A stretch of DNA of 64,000 bases from Cyanobacteria bacterium P01_F01_bin.150 (GTDB lineage Bacteria > Cyanobacteriota > Cyanobacteriia > CAKZMO01), in the NCBI GenBank assembly GCA_039189765.1, contig JBCCYL010000016.1, positions 1-64,000 of the forward strand, written 5' to 3'. A model generated the notes under the pieces. That model saw nothing but the letters and a program-made list of their open reading frames with translations. It made no database searches and had not been told where the DNA came from. Within the stretch, counting starts at the first letter, position 1. Every line of letters starts with the position of its first letter. Below are positions 17,280-27,057 of this stretch, in pieces. A program made the position numbers and the translations under genes.

Positions 17280-19745
17280 TTGTTGAGTTATACCCCACAG
17301 CCGATCAATATTGCGGATATTACCTTGACGGCCCAGCAGCAAGCATTAGCTGAACTTATCGTCCAAAATGTCCATGCTCACTGGAGTAAGAATCAACTTC
17401 AAAAAGGGTGGAACTATGGGGTGGCCTACGATCAGGCAACGCAAGTTCATCCTGAGCTAGTGCCCTATTCCCAACTGGCGGAGCGATCGCAACAGGAAAA
17501 GCGAGCAGCCGTTCATACCGTCCTAAAAATTCTCCTGGCCCTGGGTGGTCAAATTGAAATGACCCCCAACTCAGCAGCCCAAAAAGCCGCCCATGTTGAT
17601 ACTCCAGACATTACGTTTATTCTGGATGCATTGAAATCGTCATCAAATCTCAATGTGGCGACTCTCCTTACTCTGCAACGAGAGACGATTAAACTGAAGC
17701 CCCGAACCCCCTCGGTGTATCACGCATTGGGGGAATCTATCCTTCAGCTTGGCGAGCCGCTTATGGCCTATGACCTTCTGGCAGAAGGACTCAAACATTG
17801 GCCCGCCGATTTGCGGCTTCAGCAACTATTAGCCTTGGCTTTGGCCCGCAGTGGGGCTACCATCGCAGCTAATGCCTTACTAGAAAACCTTGTTAGGAAG
17901 GGTCATGCCGATGAAGAAACCATTGGTCTGTTAGCAAGAACCCACAAAGATCTGTGGAGTGAGGCGGCAGTCAGTGCGGCAAGATCCTCTAGCAATCCTT
18001 CAAAATCCAATTATTCGGGCCATCAGCGTTTAAATCAGTCCCGAACCACCCTTTATGAACAATCTCAAACCCATTTAAAGTTAGCGGCTCAACGCTATCA
18101 GCAAGCCTATGATTTGACGGGAAGCATTTGGACCGGAATTAATGCTGCGACTATGGCCTGCTTAATGAACCAAACGGATCGCGCTCATGCGTTGGCCAGG
18201 ACTATTAGAGAGGGATGTTTAGAGCAGTTGCAACAGCTAAATCAATCCTCTGGTGATCCCTATTGGCTATTGGCAACGTTAGGAGAAGCGGCATTAATTT
18301 TAGGAGAATGGTCAGAAGCAGAGGATTTCTACAGTCGAGCAGTAGAAAGTGGTCAAGGCCGCTTTGGCGATTTTAGTTCCAGCCGTCGAAATGCACTTCT
18401 GCTGGGGCATCACCTCAATATTGATGCTGAGCGGATTAAGAAATGGTTTCATATTCCCAAAGTGGTGGTATTTTGTGGCCATCGCATTGACTCTCCCGAT
18501 CGCCCCCATCCTCGATTTCCGCCCCATTTAGAAGCTAAAGTTTACGAGACAATCTGTGATCGCCTCCAAAAGCTAGATGCGAATCTTGGTTACGCATCCG
18601 CAGCCTGTGGGTCTGACATTTTGTTTCTAGAGGCGATTCAAGCCCTAAAAGGGGAACTACACATTGTTTTGCCCTATGAGCGAGAGGAGTTTATTAAGGA
18701 TTCTGTTCGTATTCCCAATGACGATAATCAGTGGGAAAAACGATTTAACCAAGTTATAAATGCGGCCACTGAGGTTATCGTTACCTCCAAGCGAAAGCTA
18801 CGTACCAGTGCAGTTATGTATGAATATTCCAATCGTCTACTCCACGGTCTGGCAAAGATTCGAGCAGAGCAATTGGGCACTGAGCTGGTTCCTTTAACGG
18901 TCTGGAATGGTCAACCAGGCGATGGTCTCGGTGGTACGGCTAGCACCGTTAACTATTGGCAAGCCTGGAGTGACACGGTTGAAATTATTGATTTGGAGCA
19001 GCTTCAGCAACCCAATCCGATTTCGCTTCAGATGGTGTCTAGTCTTACATCAACACCTACATCAACACCCATATCGGCTTCGGCACCCAAAACGGTTACA
19101 AAACGCTCTTCCGAACAAACACCTCCTGCGGCCTTATCCGCATCCGCCAGCGGTCCATCTCTACCGTCAATCAATATTAAGCCCGGTTCTTCCCAGAGCG
19201 CGGAGCCTCAATTGAGAGCGATTCTGTTTGCAGATGTAGTGCACTATACTCGGCTTATGGAGGATCAATTTCCTCCCTTTGCCCAACATTTTTTGGGTGC
19301 GGTTGCCGACTTGGTTAACACTTCTACCGTACAGCCGCTGATGAAAAATACTTGGGGTGATGCGATTTATCTTGTTTTCACAACGGTGCAGCAAGCGGGC
19401 CACATTGCCTTGGACCTATGTGATTTGGTTCATACTGCGGATTGGGGGAGTAAAGGATTGCCTGAAGATTTGAATTTGAGAATTGCCTTACATGCAGGAC
19501 CCGTATCCTGCCAAATTGACCCTATTACTCAACAGGTGAACTATGTGGGTACCCATGTCAATCATACGGCTCGCATTGAACCCATTACTCCGCCAGGTAA
19601 GGTCTATGCTAGCCAGGCATTTGCGGCGATCGCGTCCTCTGAAGGCCACACGACATTTAACTGTGATTATGTCGGCCAGATGCCTTGGGCTAAGCATTAT
19701 GGAACATTTCCGACCTACCATGTTCGCCGCGTCAGATATACTTGA
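17280..19745 (+). CDS. Multidomain protein: RyR domain, TPR-sensor (TRAF-binding-like), SLOG-like domain and class III nucleotide cyclase
   Basis: NVHAHW..GWNYG..HPELVPYSQL (RyR); DEETIGLLARTHKDLW, GINAAT, YWLLATLGEA (TPR-S); FCGHRID, AACGSDILF (SLOG-like); LFADV, WGDA, RIALHAG, NHTARIE (cyclase). Confidence 0.85.
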   Translation: MLSYTPQPINIADITLTAQQQALAELIVQNVHAHWSKNQLQKGWNYGVAYDQATQVHPELVPYSQLAERSQQEKRAAVHTVLKILLALGGQIEMTPNSAAQKAAHVDTPDITFILDALKSSSNLNVATLLTLQRETIKLKPRTPSVYHALGESILQLGEPLMAYDLLAEGLKHWPADLRLQQLLALALARSGATIAANALLENLVRKGHADEETIGLLARTHKDLWSEAAVSAARSSSNPSKSNYSGHQRLNQSRTTLYEQSQTHLKLAAQRYQQAYDLTGSIWTGINAATMACLMNQTDRAHALARTIREGCLEQLQQLNQSSGDPYWLLATLGEAALILGEWSEAEDFYSRAVESGQGRFGDFSSSRRNALLLGHHLNIDAERIKKWFHIPKVVVFCGHRIDSPDRPHPRFPPHLEAKVYETICDRLQKLDANLGYASAACGSDILFLEAIQALKGELHIVLPYEREEFIKDSVRIPNDDNQWEKRFNQVINAATEVIVTSKRKLRTSAVMYEYSNRLLHGLAKIRAEQLGTELVPLTVWNGQPGDGLGGTASTVNYWQAWSDTVEIIDLEQLQQPNPISLQMVSSLTSTPTSTPISASAPKTVTKRSSEQTPPAALSASASGPSLPSINIKPGSSQSAEPQLRAILFADVVHYTRLMEDQFPPFAQHFLGAVADLVNTSTVQPLMKNTWGDAIYLVFTTVQQAGHIALDLCDLVHTADWGSKGLPEDLNLRIALHAGPVSCQIDPITQQVNYVGTHVNHTARIEPITPPGKVYASQAFAAIASSEGHTTFNCDYVGQMPWAKHYGTFPTYHVRRVRYT

Positions 19746-19937
19746 ATGCTGACTACGCTGAAAAGGGTTTTATGCATACGCTTGCACCTCTCTTGGATTT
19801 CTTGAGTCAGCTAGGGATTTGCTTCTACATAACCTCAATCAACGCCCCACCCGCATTGCCCTGGCGACAGCATTAGAGACAATGCCACAATGGTGGCCAA
19901 AGCAAATGAGTCTTACCAGACTGTCAATTAATTTACT

Positions 19938-20453
19938 ATGACCCATACAAAATATTTGGCCACCCTACTTTTATGCAGTTTTGTAAGTATGTTAGGGAGC
20001 ATTATGCTGGGGAGTGAAGCTGTAGCTCAAACTCGTCTATCTCCGGAGCCAAGAGTCTGGGATACCCCCAACAATGAGCTTTCTGAGCTTCCCCTCAATC
20101 CGTCCATTCATTTTATGGTTGCAGGACCGATGGGCGGATACCGTCATGAGGAACTGGATCCGACTCGCTGGCGAATTGCCTTATCCTGTGAGGAGGTGTA
20201 CTGTAGCGTCACATTTGACTACATTGAGCACCAGCAAGAATATGAAGGCTTTCCTCGAATTGTTGCCACTTACTGGCTCAATGGGGCAGATATTGCTCCT
20301 GTTATTGACCCCAATAGCGATTTTCTCCATGATATCCACTTTGTCGCTTGGGAATCGTGGAATCGAGTCCTCCTGAGAGAGTACGATCGCTACTTTCATA
20401 TTGAAATCAATCCCGATCGGACCTTTACTATTATTCCCCTTAAGAGCCTCTAA
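19938..20453 (+). CDS. Hypothetical exported protein
   Basis: 171-aa ORF with a signal-peptide-like N-terminus (AVA-Q). Confidence 0.6.
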   Translation: MTHTKYLATLLLCSFVSMLGSIMLGSEAVAQTRLSPEPRVWDTPNNELSELPLNPSIHFMVAGPMGGYRHEELDPTRWRIALSCEEVYCSVTFDYIEHQQEYEGFPRIVATYWLNGADIAPVIDPNSDFLHDIHFVAWESWNRVLLREYDRYFHIEINPDRTFTIIPLKSL

Positions 20454-20471
20454 TGAATTGTGTCGGCGAGG

Positions 20472-20508
20472 CCGACGTGTTTCGTTCAAAATGAAAGAAA
20501 CACGTCGG
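20472..20508. terminator. Hairpin between convergent genes
   Basis: CCGACGTGTTTC..GAAACACGTCGG, 12-bp perfect stem. Confidence 0.55.
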
Positions 20509-20548
20509 GGTTATTAGAAGGAGCGATAAAACGTGTCTAGGAGAAGCG

Positions 20549-21640
20549 TTAATCTCGCTTAAGATAACCGGACACTAGGTAATCAGAGCCGATAGCATTT
20601 AATCTTAATCGTTCAACGGCGATCGCTTCATCCATACGCGTTAATCCTAAATCGCCGACCGGGCCGGGAGCCATATTGCCACCAATTAGCTTAGGGGCAA
20701 TAAATGCCAATATCTTTTGAATAGAACCATCGGCGATCGCTTGGGCTGCCAGTTTACCCCCACACTCCCACAATACCGACAAAAAACCTCGCTCATGCAG
20801 GTTGGCCATCACCACGGCAGGAGTTAAGGTTTCCACTTCTATGACCTCTACTCCCTGGGTTCGCAAAGACTTTTGCCGCCAGGGCTGTCGTCCCTTGGAC
20901 GTAAAGACAACCGTCGATGTTTCATCCGTTTGCCATAGCTGGGCATCGTCTGGTAAGTCTAGAGTGCGACTCATCACAACACGCAAAGGATTATGGGTTC
21001 CGACTCCATGACTCGTGAGGAGAGGGTTATCCTGACGAACCGTATTTCCGCCCACAACAATGGCATCACAAGCGGCTCTGAGATAATGAACTTGCTGTCG
21101 GGCTTCCGGGCTCGTTACCCACGCGCTGTGACCGCTAGTGGCCGCAATCTTGCCGTCTAAGGTCATAGCATACTTCAAAATCCCAAAGGGCCGCTGATGC
21201 ACCATGCTATGAACAAATGCCTCATTTAATTGCTGACAGGCTACTTCCTCCACACCAACTAAAACGTCAATACCCGCCTTACGTAATCGTTCAATGCCAG
21301 AGCCAGCCACCTTTGGGTTGGGGTCTACCATTCCAACAACGACCCTAGCGACCCCTGCTTTGATTAATGCCTCTGAACAGGGAGGGGTACGCCCTTGGTG
21401 ATTACAAGGCTCTAAATTGACATACACGGTGGAGTTTTGGGCGCGATCGCCTGCTTGCTGCAATGCAAACACCTCAGCATGGGGTTGTCCCGCACCGGGG
21501 TGGAATCCCTCACCTACAATTTTATTGTCTTTGACAACTACAGCGCCCACGAGAGGGTTAGGAGAGGTCTTTCCAAGCGCCTGCTTTGCCAACTGCAGAC
21601 ACCGTTGGATCATCGCCTGATCAATTTGCTGTGTATCCAT
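20549..21640 (-). CDS. ribD: Riboflavin biosynthesis deaminase/reductase
   Basis: PNPLVGAV, HAE, LEPCNH..PPC and KYAMTLDGKIA motifs. Confidence 0.96.
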   Translation of the reverse strand: MDTQQIDQAMIQRCLQLAKQALGKTSPNPLVGAVVVKDNKIVGEGFHPGAGQPHAEVFALQQAGDRAQNSTVYVNLEPCNHQGRTPPCSEALIKAGVARVVVGMVDPNPKVAGSGIERLRKAGIDVLVGVEEVACQQLNEAFVHSMVHQRPFGILKYAMTLDGKIAATSGHSAWVTSPEARQQVHYLRAACDAIVVGGNTVRQDNPLLTSHGVGTHNPLRVVMSRTLDLPDDAQLWQTDETSTVVFTSKGRQPWRQKSLRTQGVEVIEVETLTPAVVMANLHERGFLSVLWECGGKLAAQAIADGSIQKILAFIAPKLIGGNMAPGPVGDLGLTRMDEAIAVERLRLNAIGSDYLVSGYLKRD

Positions 21641-22019
21641 ACTTTCCTTCCCCTTACACCCTGACATCAAAGGTTTCCTTTTGCCCTTAAAGCCTTAACA
21701 GGATTTATCCTTTGTGTCTTTCTATTGCTATTTATGTCTTTTTAGATCATTCTCGCAATACAGTATAAGCAATTCTGGGGGTTCGCCATGTAGTGAAACA
21801 AAATAAACAATTAAGTATGGGCATTTTGTCTCCATACTGTCTACTGAGGAGGAAAGCTAAGCCGTCGACTACACTTATTAACAGAATAAGAGTTTAATGC
21901 TTTGAACTCTTTTGACTAAAGCCTTTGTTAATCTCAAGATTTCATGATGTCTCCTAACTACCCTTTCCTCTTGCCTAAATAAAGTTGATATCCAAATTTC
22001 GATAGTAATCTGTATAATA

Positions 22020-23090
22020 ATGTCTAACGTTGAAATACCGGATTCTAGCGCTGCTGGGGTTACAAAGAAAAACTCAGAGGCCATTTGTGAAGAATCCTTT
22101 GGTACTGATGTTATCAATTCTTTAGCAATCGACCGAGAAGAAAACCAGCAGTATTTTCGCCAATCATTGTGGTCACTTGCCCAACGCCAAACTGAACATG
22201 CCTTTCAATGTGGAGCGCTTCAGTCTATTCAAACAAGCTATGAGTTTGTGGAGCATCATGGAGTACGCTTTTTAGTACGGATTCTTGCTAACCTGGCGAG
22301 AAAAGAAAAAGCGCACAAAAAACAGCAGCAGCTCAAAGTGAAAGGCAAGGATTTTAACCCCTTCTTGCCCTACGAAAAGGATCTGTTTGTATGTAACTTA
22401 TCGTCGACTCATTTGTGTCTGCTCAACAAGTTTAATGTAGTGGATCATCATCTTCTTATTGTTACTCGCGAATTTGAAGAACAGGAAACATGGTTAAACC
22501 TCCATGATTTTTCGGCATTATGGAGTGGCTTACGTGAAATCGATGGCCTTGCATTCTACAACGGCGGTAAGGTGGCAGGGGCCAGTCAGCGGCATAAGCA
22601 TATTCAGCTAGTTCCCATGCCACTCTCGCCTGAGGGTTGGGCTATTCCGATGGAGGCAATTCTGAGTCAATCTAACGGCGTAGTGAATAATAGTTATAGA
22701 GTACTACCGTTCAGGCATGCATTTTCCGCATTAAACCTTACACCTCAAGCTCTACCTCTGGATGCAGCACAAATCTTGCTCGATTGTTATCATAGGCTTC
22801 TTGATCAGCTCAATGCTAAAAAGCAAGCAGAAAAACCGGCAAAAGATCAAGCAGGGCAAACGTTAGGGGGGCGCGATCGCAACTTTATTCCTTATAACTT
22901 GCTCATCACTCGTCGATGGATGCTGCTGGTTCCCCGTATTCAAGAAAATGCTTACTCCATACCAATTAATGCATTAGGCTTTGCCGGCTCTTTATTTGTT
23001 AAAAATGAGGCTCAGTTAGATTTATTGAAGAAAAAAGGCCCTATGACTTTGTTACAAACCGTTGGGGATTCGCCAAGACCCAGTGTCTAA
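22020..23090 (+). CDS. ATP adenylyltransferase / Ap4A phosphorylase (Apa-like)
   Basis: NPFLP, LNKFNVVDHHLLIVT, GASQRHKHIQ and NALGFAG motifs. Confidence 0.88.
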   Translation: MSNVEIPDSSAAGVTKKNSEAICEESFGTDVINSLAIDREENQQYFRQSLWSLAQRQTEHAFQCGALQSIQTSYEFVEHHGVRFLVRILANLARKEKAHKKQQQLKVKGKDFNPFLPYEKDLFVCNLSSTHLCLLNKFNVVDHHLLIVTREFEEQETWLNLHDFSALWSGLREIDGLAFYNGGKVAGASQRHKHIQLVPMPLSPEGWAIPMEAILSQSNGVVNNSYRVLPFRHAFSALNLTPQALPLDAAQILLDCYHRLLDQLNAKKQAEKPAKDQAGQTLGGRDRNFIPYNLLITRRWMLLVPRIQENAYSIPINALGFAGSLFVKNEAQLDLLKKKGPMTLLQTVGDSPRPSV

Positions 23091-23500
23091 ATGTTTCTAA
23101 TCCATCCATCTACGGTAGAGCTACAGTTTGGTAATAATAGGCTAAGATAGCGTTTATCGTCTTGTATTCAGTCATCTGCGGTAAGTCCTTGGCTTCCTGC
23201 AAATGCCTCGGCATAGTTGGAGAATGGATTGATATCATCAACTCAAGGCATTGTAGGTTGTGGAATCCTTTCCATAATTAGCAAGAGTACCAAATTTAAA
23301 GTACTGAATGACGATAGGATAAGCGTTGTAACTCCTCACCACTTATTGTTGGATTTTCGCAAGAACCCCCGCTTTAGCTGCGGAAAAGCTAGGGTCTAAT
23401 GCTTTGAGATATTGCTGAATCAGCAAGGTCATTAATAAATTTCTCCGCCCCACGACTATTCAATTTTTGAACATAAAACCTAGATTTTATTGGAAAGAAT

Positions 23501-23977
23501 ATGGCTTTAGTAAATCAGGCTTCAGACAGTGTATCTCTTGATGCAGTTGATCAGCAGATTATTACATTGCTCCATAGCGATGGCCGGATGGCCTTTACAG
23601 AAATTGCTAAGCGTGTTGGTATTCCTGAAGCAACTGCTCGCTATCGGGTCCAGCGGTTACTTCAATCCGATATGATTACGATTCAGGCATGGCCTAACCC
23701 TGATAAGTTAGGAATGCCTCATATGATTGTGGTTTGGATTGCTGCATCCAGCGACCATATTGATTCGGTGGCTGAGGCTTTAGCCCAAATGCCAGAGGTT
23801 CGATTTGTGGCAACAACTGCAGGCCGTTATAACGTGATTGCGGATGTAAACTATGGACTTCACAGTGAACTATTGGAGTTTTTCGGTAAGATTAACAAAC
23901 TGCAAGGCGTCCTGAATTACGAGTCTGAGATGGTTTTACGGCTGATTAAGTCTGAGTATACATACACCTTGAATTGA
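23501..23977 (+). CDS. Lrp/AsnC transcriptional regulator
   Basis: LDAVDQQII..DGRMAFTEIAKRVG HTH; RAM domain with the GRYN motif. Confidence 0.9.
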   Translation: MALVNQASDSVSLDAVDQQIITLLHSDGRMAFTEIAKRVGIPEATARYRVQRLLQSDMITIQAWPNPDKLGMPHMIVVWIAASSDHIDSVAEALAQMPEVRFVATTAGRYNVIADVNYGLHSELLEFFGKINKLQGVLNYESEMVLRLIKSEYTYTLN

Positions 23978-24033
23978 GCTTAGATAAAGGCACATGGTTA
24001 AATAGGGGCGCATAGTCCTCACGATGGAGATGT

Positions 24034-26949
24034 GTGATGGAGTCCTGGACTTTTTTAATACAGCAGCAGGAAGATGACGTTTGGTTGCCGCTAGAGTCCT
24101 CAGGCTCGGAAATCCTGGAGGACAGATATCGGATAATGGCGCGAACTACCCAAGCAAATTGTGCTTTAGCCGTTCAAATTAGTCATCTTGATCTAGATGC
24201 ATTGCCTCCTCGTCGTCGTGTTCACAATCGACAAGCCAGGACAAATGAGAAAGGATTAGTGGCTCTTCTCCCGTTTACATTACTCAAACCTGGTGTATGG
24301 GAGATTCGCTGCCATTATGAAGCTGAACTTGATACCCCTGCCTTCTCCGAGAATAAGGGTAAAAAGGACTTGCAAAAGCAAACGTTGCAAATACAGGTTC
24401 TTGCCCAAGAAGCTGGAGCTGATTTGGATGGGGCGGAGTTTTATCCTAATGAAGCTTCAGATTTGCTTACATCACGCCACTCTATGGTGATGGCAAATAG
24501 CGCTAATACGATCGCAACTTCGGCATCTGTAAAGCAGCAAGATGCTGCCGAAGAGACGACTGGCGATGCTGATATGAGCGCTGATATTGATTCACTCCTC
24601 AGGGCACTGAATGCGGATAACGATACTGAGCAGAGTGCTGAAGACCTTCTTATTCAAAACTTGGATGCTGTAGATTCTGGAGATGATGAAAAATTTGTAG
24701 ATAATACTGAAAACGTTAGCGACTTGCCTGGTGAGAGTTGCCATGAGGCAGATGTTGATACATTGCCTGCCGTTATGGATGATATCGAAGAATCCTTGAT
24801 GCAGAATGATGCTCAGAACACTTTAAAGACCGACACGGCGGATAATATTCTTCAAGATTTAATGGCGGAATTAAAGCAGGAACCTCTTGATGAGATGCCT
24901 GGCAATAAGGATTCTTCCTATTCCTTGAGGTCGTCAGAAACGGGGAATGAAGTTGCCCAGAACTTGGATAAGGATGCCTTGTCAGAGACCCGAGAGGGGG
25001 AGCCTGAGGCTGAGGAAATGCAGGTCTTGATGGATGCAGCCGATCAAATGGCGGCCCATATTATTGAAACAATGAATGCAAAATTGTATCAGATGCAAAA
25101 TCAATCATCTCCCAGCGAGCCGTCTGCGTTGATGACGGATGCCTCTGAAGCAACCTATCCTGCCCCCTCCCCATCAACGCATAAGCAACGTTGGGATGAA
25201 GAAACTCTAAAACGTCTGGGATTGAACATCAACTTGGCACGTGATTGCTACACCGTGCTTGATGATCAACTTATTCTAACTGGCATGATTGAAGGTCAAG
25301 ATAGCCACTCCGCTCTCAATGATTTAACGCTAGCGTTGCATGTACAGCTTGTGCAGCCTCAATCTGGAAACTGCTTATTGGAGCATGATGTGGCAGTCCC
25401 TGTGTCTAGCTTGCCTACTCCTTTTTCTGTCTTAATGGCTATTCCTAAAAATCTCAGTACCCATATTTTAGTGGGAGAAGTGTTGTTGATGATGGTTCCT
25501 GCTGCCACCGCTCCTGATCATTCTCTTGCCAACACTGATATTCCAGAAACGGTTACGGCCGATGAGACATTAGATTGTATTTTGGCCCAGCAGTCTTTTA
25601 CTGTCACTGTTGAACTTGGTGCCCTACTCAATACGATCCAACAGCAAAAGCAAGCGATGTCGGTTGATGCCTCTTCCGGGACTGTGTTGGAGGATGAGTC
25701 TTTTTCTGAATCACTATTGCCTTCACAGACACCAGACGCTACGGAATCTGAGCTACCGACATCAGAAGCGATCGCCACCCGTGAATTACAGCCCGCAGGC
25801 TACAGTCCTTTACCCCCAAAGCTTAATCCCCATTCCCCTAAAAATCGACGCTCACCTAAAAGCGGTAAAGTCAAGGCACGCAACGGTGGTGGCCCATCGG
25901 CTAAGCCGCCTGTTTTAGATTTACCGTCTTTTCTGCAAAACGATGGCGATCGCCCCCCTAGCCCGATGGCAATGGCGATCGCCCATGCAATGCAAGCCTC
26001 TGGTTCTTTAAATCCGCCAGCTCAAGGACAGGCACCAGCCTCCGAGCCATTTACTGAGGAAGACGCTATCCCTGACGTTGAAGCGGCCAACAATGAATAC
26101 ATGGAAAATGAACTTCCTGAAAATAGGCTTCCTGAAAGTGAGTCCTTTGAAATCAGACCCTCTGGAGCTGACTCCCCTGAGCTTGAATTTCTTGAAGCTG
26201 AGCTTTTGGCTGTTGAACTATCTGAACCCGAACCATCTGTAACCAAATCATCCAGGATTGAAACTCCTGCTCGTGTTCAAGATGGCCAAGAAGACGCAGG
26301 AGATGTGGACATTGCCTTTAAACCCGGCTCCTTACCTGACCATTCCTCCCTTGATGTCGAACAAATGAGTTTTGGCGAGAATCCGTTTGGGCAACTGCCA
26401 GAAGAAACACCACCTGTCAATAAAGTTGCACCAGCTCCTTTGCAAGCGCTTTCGTTACCTTCAACATCGCCTGTTCCCATAAATGACGAAAGACCTACAG
26501 TCTGCCCTCCGTTGCCTGAGTACACGCCGATTCCAACACCGACGCTGATTATGTCCCAGGAAGAGCTTGTTCCTGGTATGCCGGTACGAATATCTGTTAC
26601 GTTGCCCCAGTCAGTTTTAGCCAATGGTGTAGAGAATCAAAGCATTGGCTATGGTTCTGGCAATCCTCCTGTTTCCCTCATCTTTGTTAAGCTATGGGTC
26701 CAGGATCGGCAAACTCGTTCAATTTTAGATGGCCCGCGTTGGTTAGTAGACTTTATCCCTAATACGTCTGGGGAATTGGAGGCAATGACTCAGTTAGTTT
26801 TGCCCATCGGTTGTTTAGAAGTTAGCGTCGAGGCGATCGCGGTTGAAATAGCCACCCAGCGAGAAAGCGATAAAACGACCCTGCACCGCAGCATTATGCC
26901 TACCATGCCTCCTTCGTTAACCACCTTTGATTTTGATGATTTAAATTAA
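24034..26949 (+). CDS. Large acidic hypothetical protein
   Basis: 971-aa ORF; folded-looking N-terminus (WTFLIQ..WLPLE) and C-terminus (VKLWVQDRQTRSILDGPRW) joined by D/E/P-rich linkers. Confidence 0.8.
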   Translation: MMESWTFLIQQQEDDVWLPLESSGSEILEDRYRIMARTTQANCALAVQISHLDLDALPPRRRVHNRQARTNEKGLVALLPFTLLKPGVWEIRCHYEAELDTPAFSENKGKKDLQKQTLQIQVLAQEAGADLDGAEFYPNEASDLLTSRHSMVMANSANTIATSASVKQQDAAEETTGDADMSADIDSLLRALNADNDTEQSAEDLLIQNLDAVDSGDDEKFVDNTENVSDLPGESCHEADVDTLPAVMDDIEESLMQNDAQNTLKTDTADNILQDLMAELKQEPLDEMPGNKDSSYSLRSSETGNEVAQNLDKDALSETREGEPEAEEMQVLMDAADQMAAHIIETMNAKLYQMQNQSSPSEPSALMTDASEATYPAPSPSTHKQRWDEETLKRLGLNINLARDCYTVLDDQLILTGMIEGQDSHSALNDLTLALHVQLVQPQSGNCLLEHDVAVPVSSLPTPFSVLMAIPKNLSTHILVGEVLLMMVPAATAPDHSLANTDIPETVTADETLDCILAQQSFTVTVELGALLNTIQQQKQAMSVDASSGTVLEDESFSESLLPSQTPDATESELPTSEAIATRELQPAGYSPLPPKLNPHSPKNRRSPKSGKVKARNGGGPSAKPPVLDLPSFLQNDGDRPPSPMAMAIAHAMQASGSLNPPAQGQAPASEPFTEEDAIPDVEAANNEYMENELPENRLPESESFEIRPSGADSPELEFLEAELLAVELSEPEPSVTKSSRIETPARVQDGQEDAGDVDIAFKPGSLPDHSSLDVEQMSFGENPFGQLPEETPPVNKVAPAPLQALSLPSTSPVPINDERPTVCPPLPEYTPIPTPTLIMSQEELVPGMPVRISVTLPQSVLANGVENQSIGYGSGNPPVSLIFVKLWVQDRQTRSILDGPRWLVDFIPNTSGELEAMTQLVLPIGCLEVSVEAIAVEIATQRESDKTTLHRSIMPTMPPSLTTFDFDDLN

Positions 26950-26958
26950 TCGAATTTT

Positions 26959-27039
26959 GGCCTGTACTTTGATGCAAGAATCTAGAGCACAAAATGCTCT
27001 AGGTTCTCGTTAAACACCTTCCTGGCTTAAGCTTAAGCC
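26959..27039 (+). mobile_element. Diverged family-B element
   Basis: GGCCTGTACTTTGATGC-AAGAATCTAGAGCA..TGCTCTAGGTTCT-CGTTAAACACCTTCCTGGCTTAAGCTTAAGCC aligns with 14099-14179. Confidence 0.6.
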
Positions 27040-27057
27040 TAAAAGCCTCAAGGCACC

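Noticed and set aside
23361..23388. AAGAACCCCCGCTTTAGCTGCGG resembling an IS200/IS605 right end
   Set aside because: Short and degenerate; no terminal TCAA-like motif and no tnpA/tnpB remnant nearby
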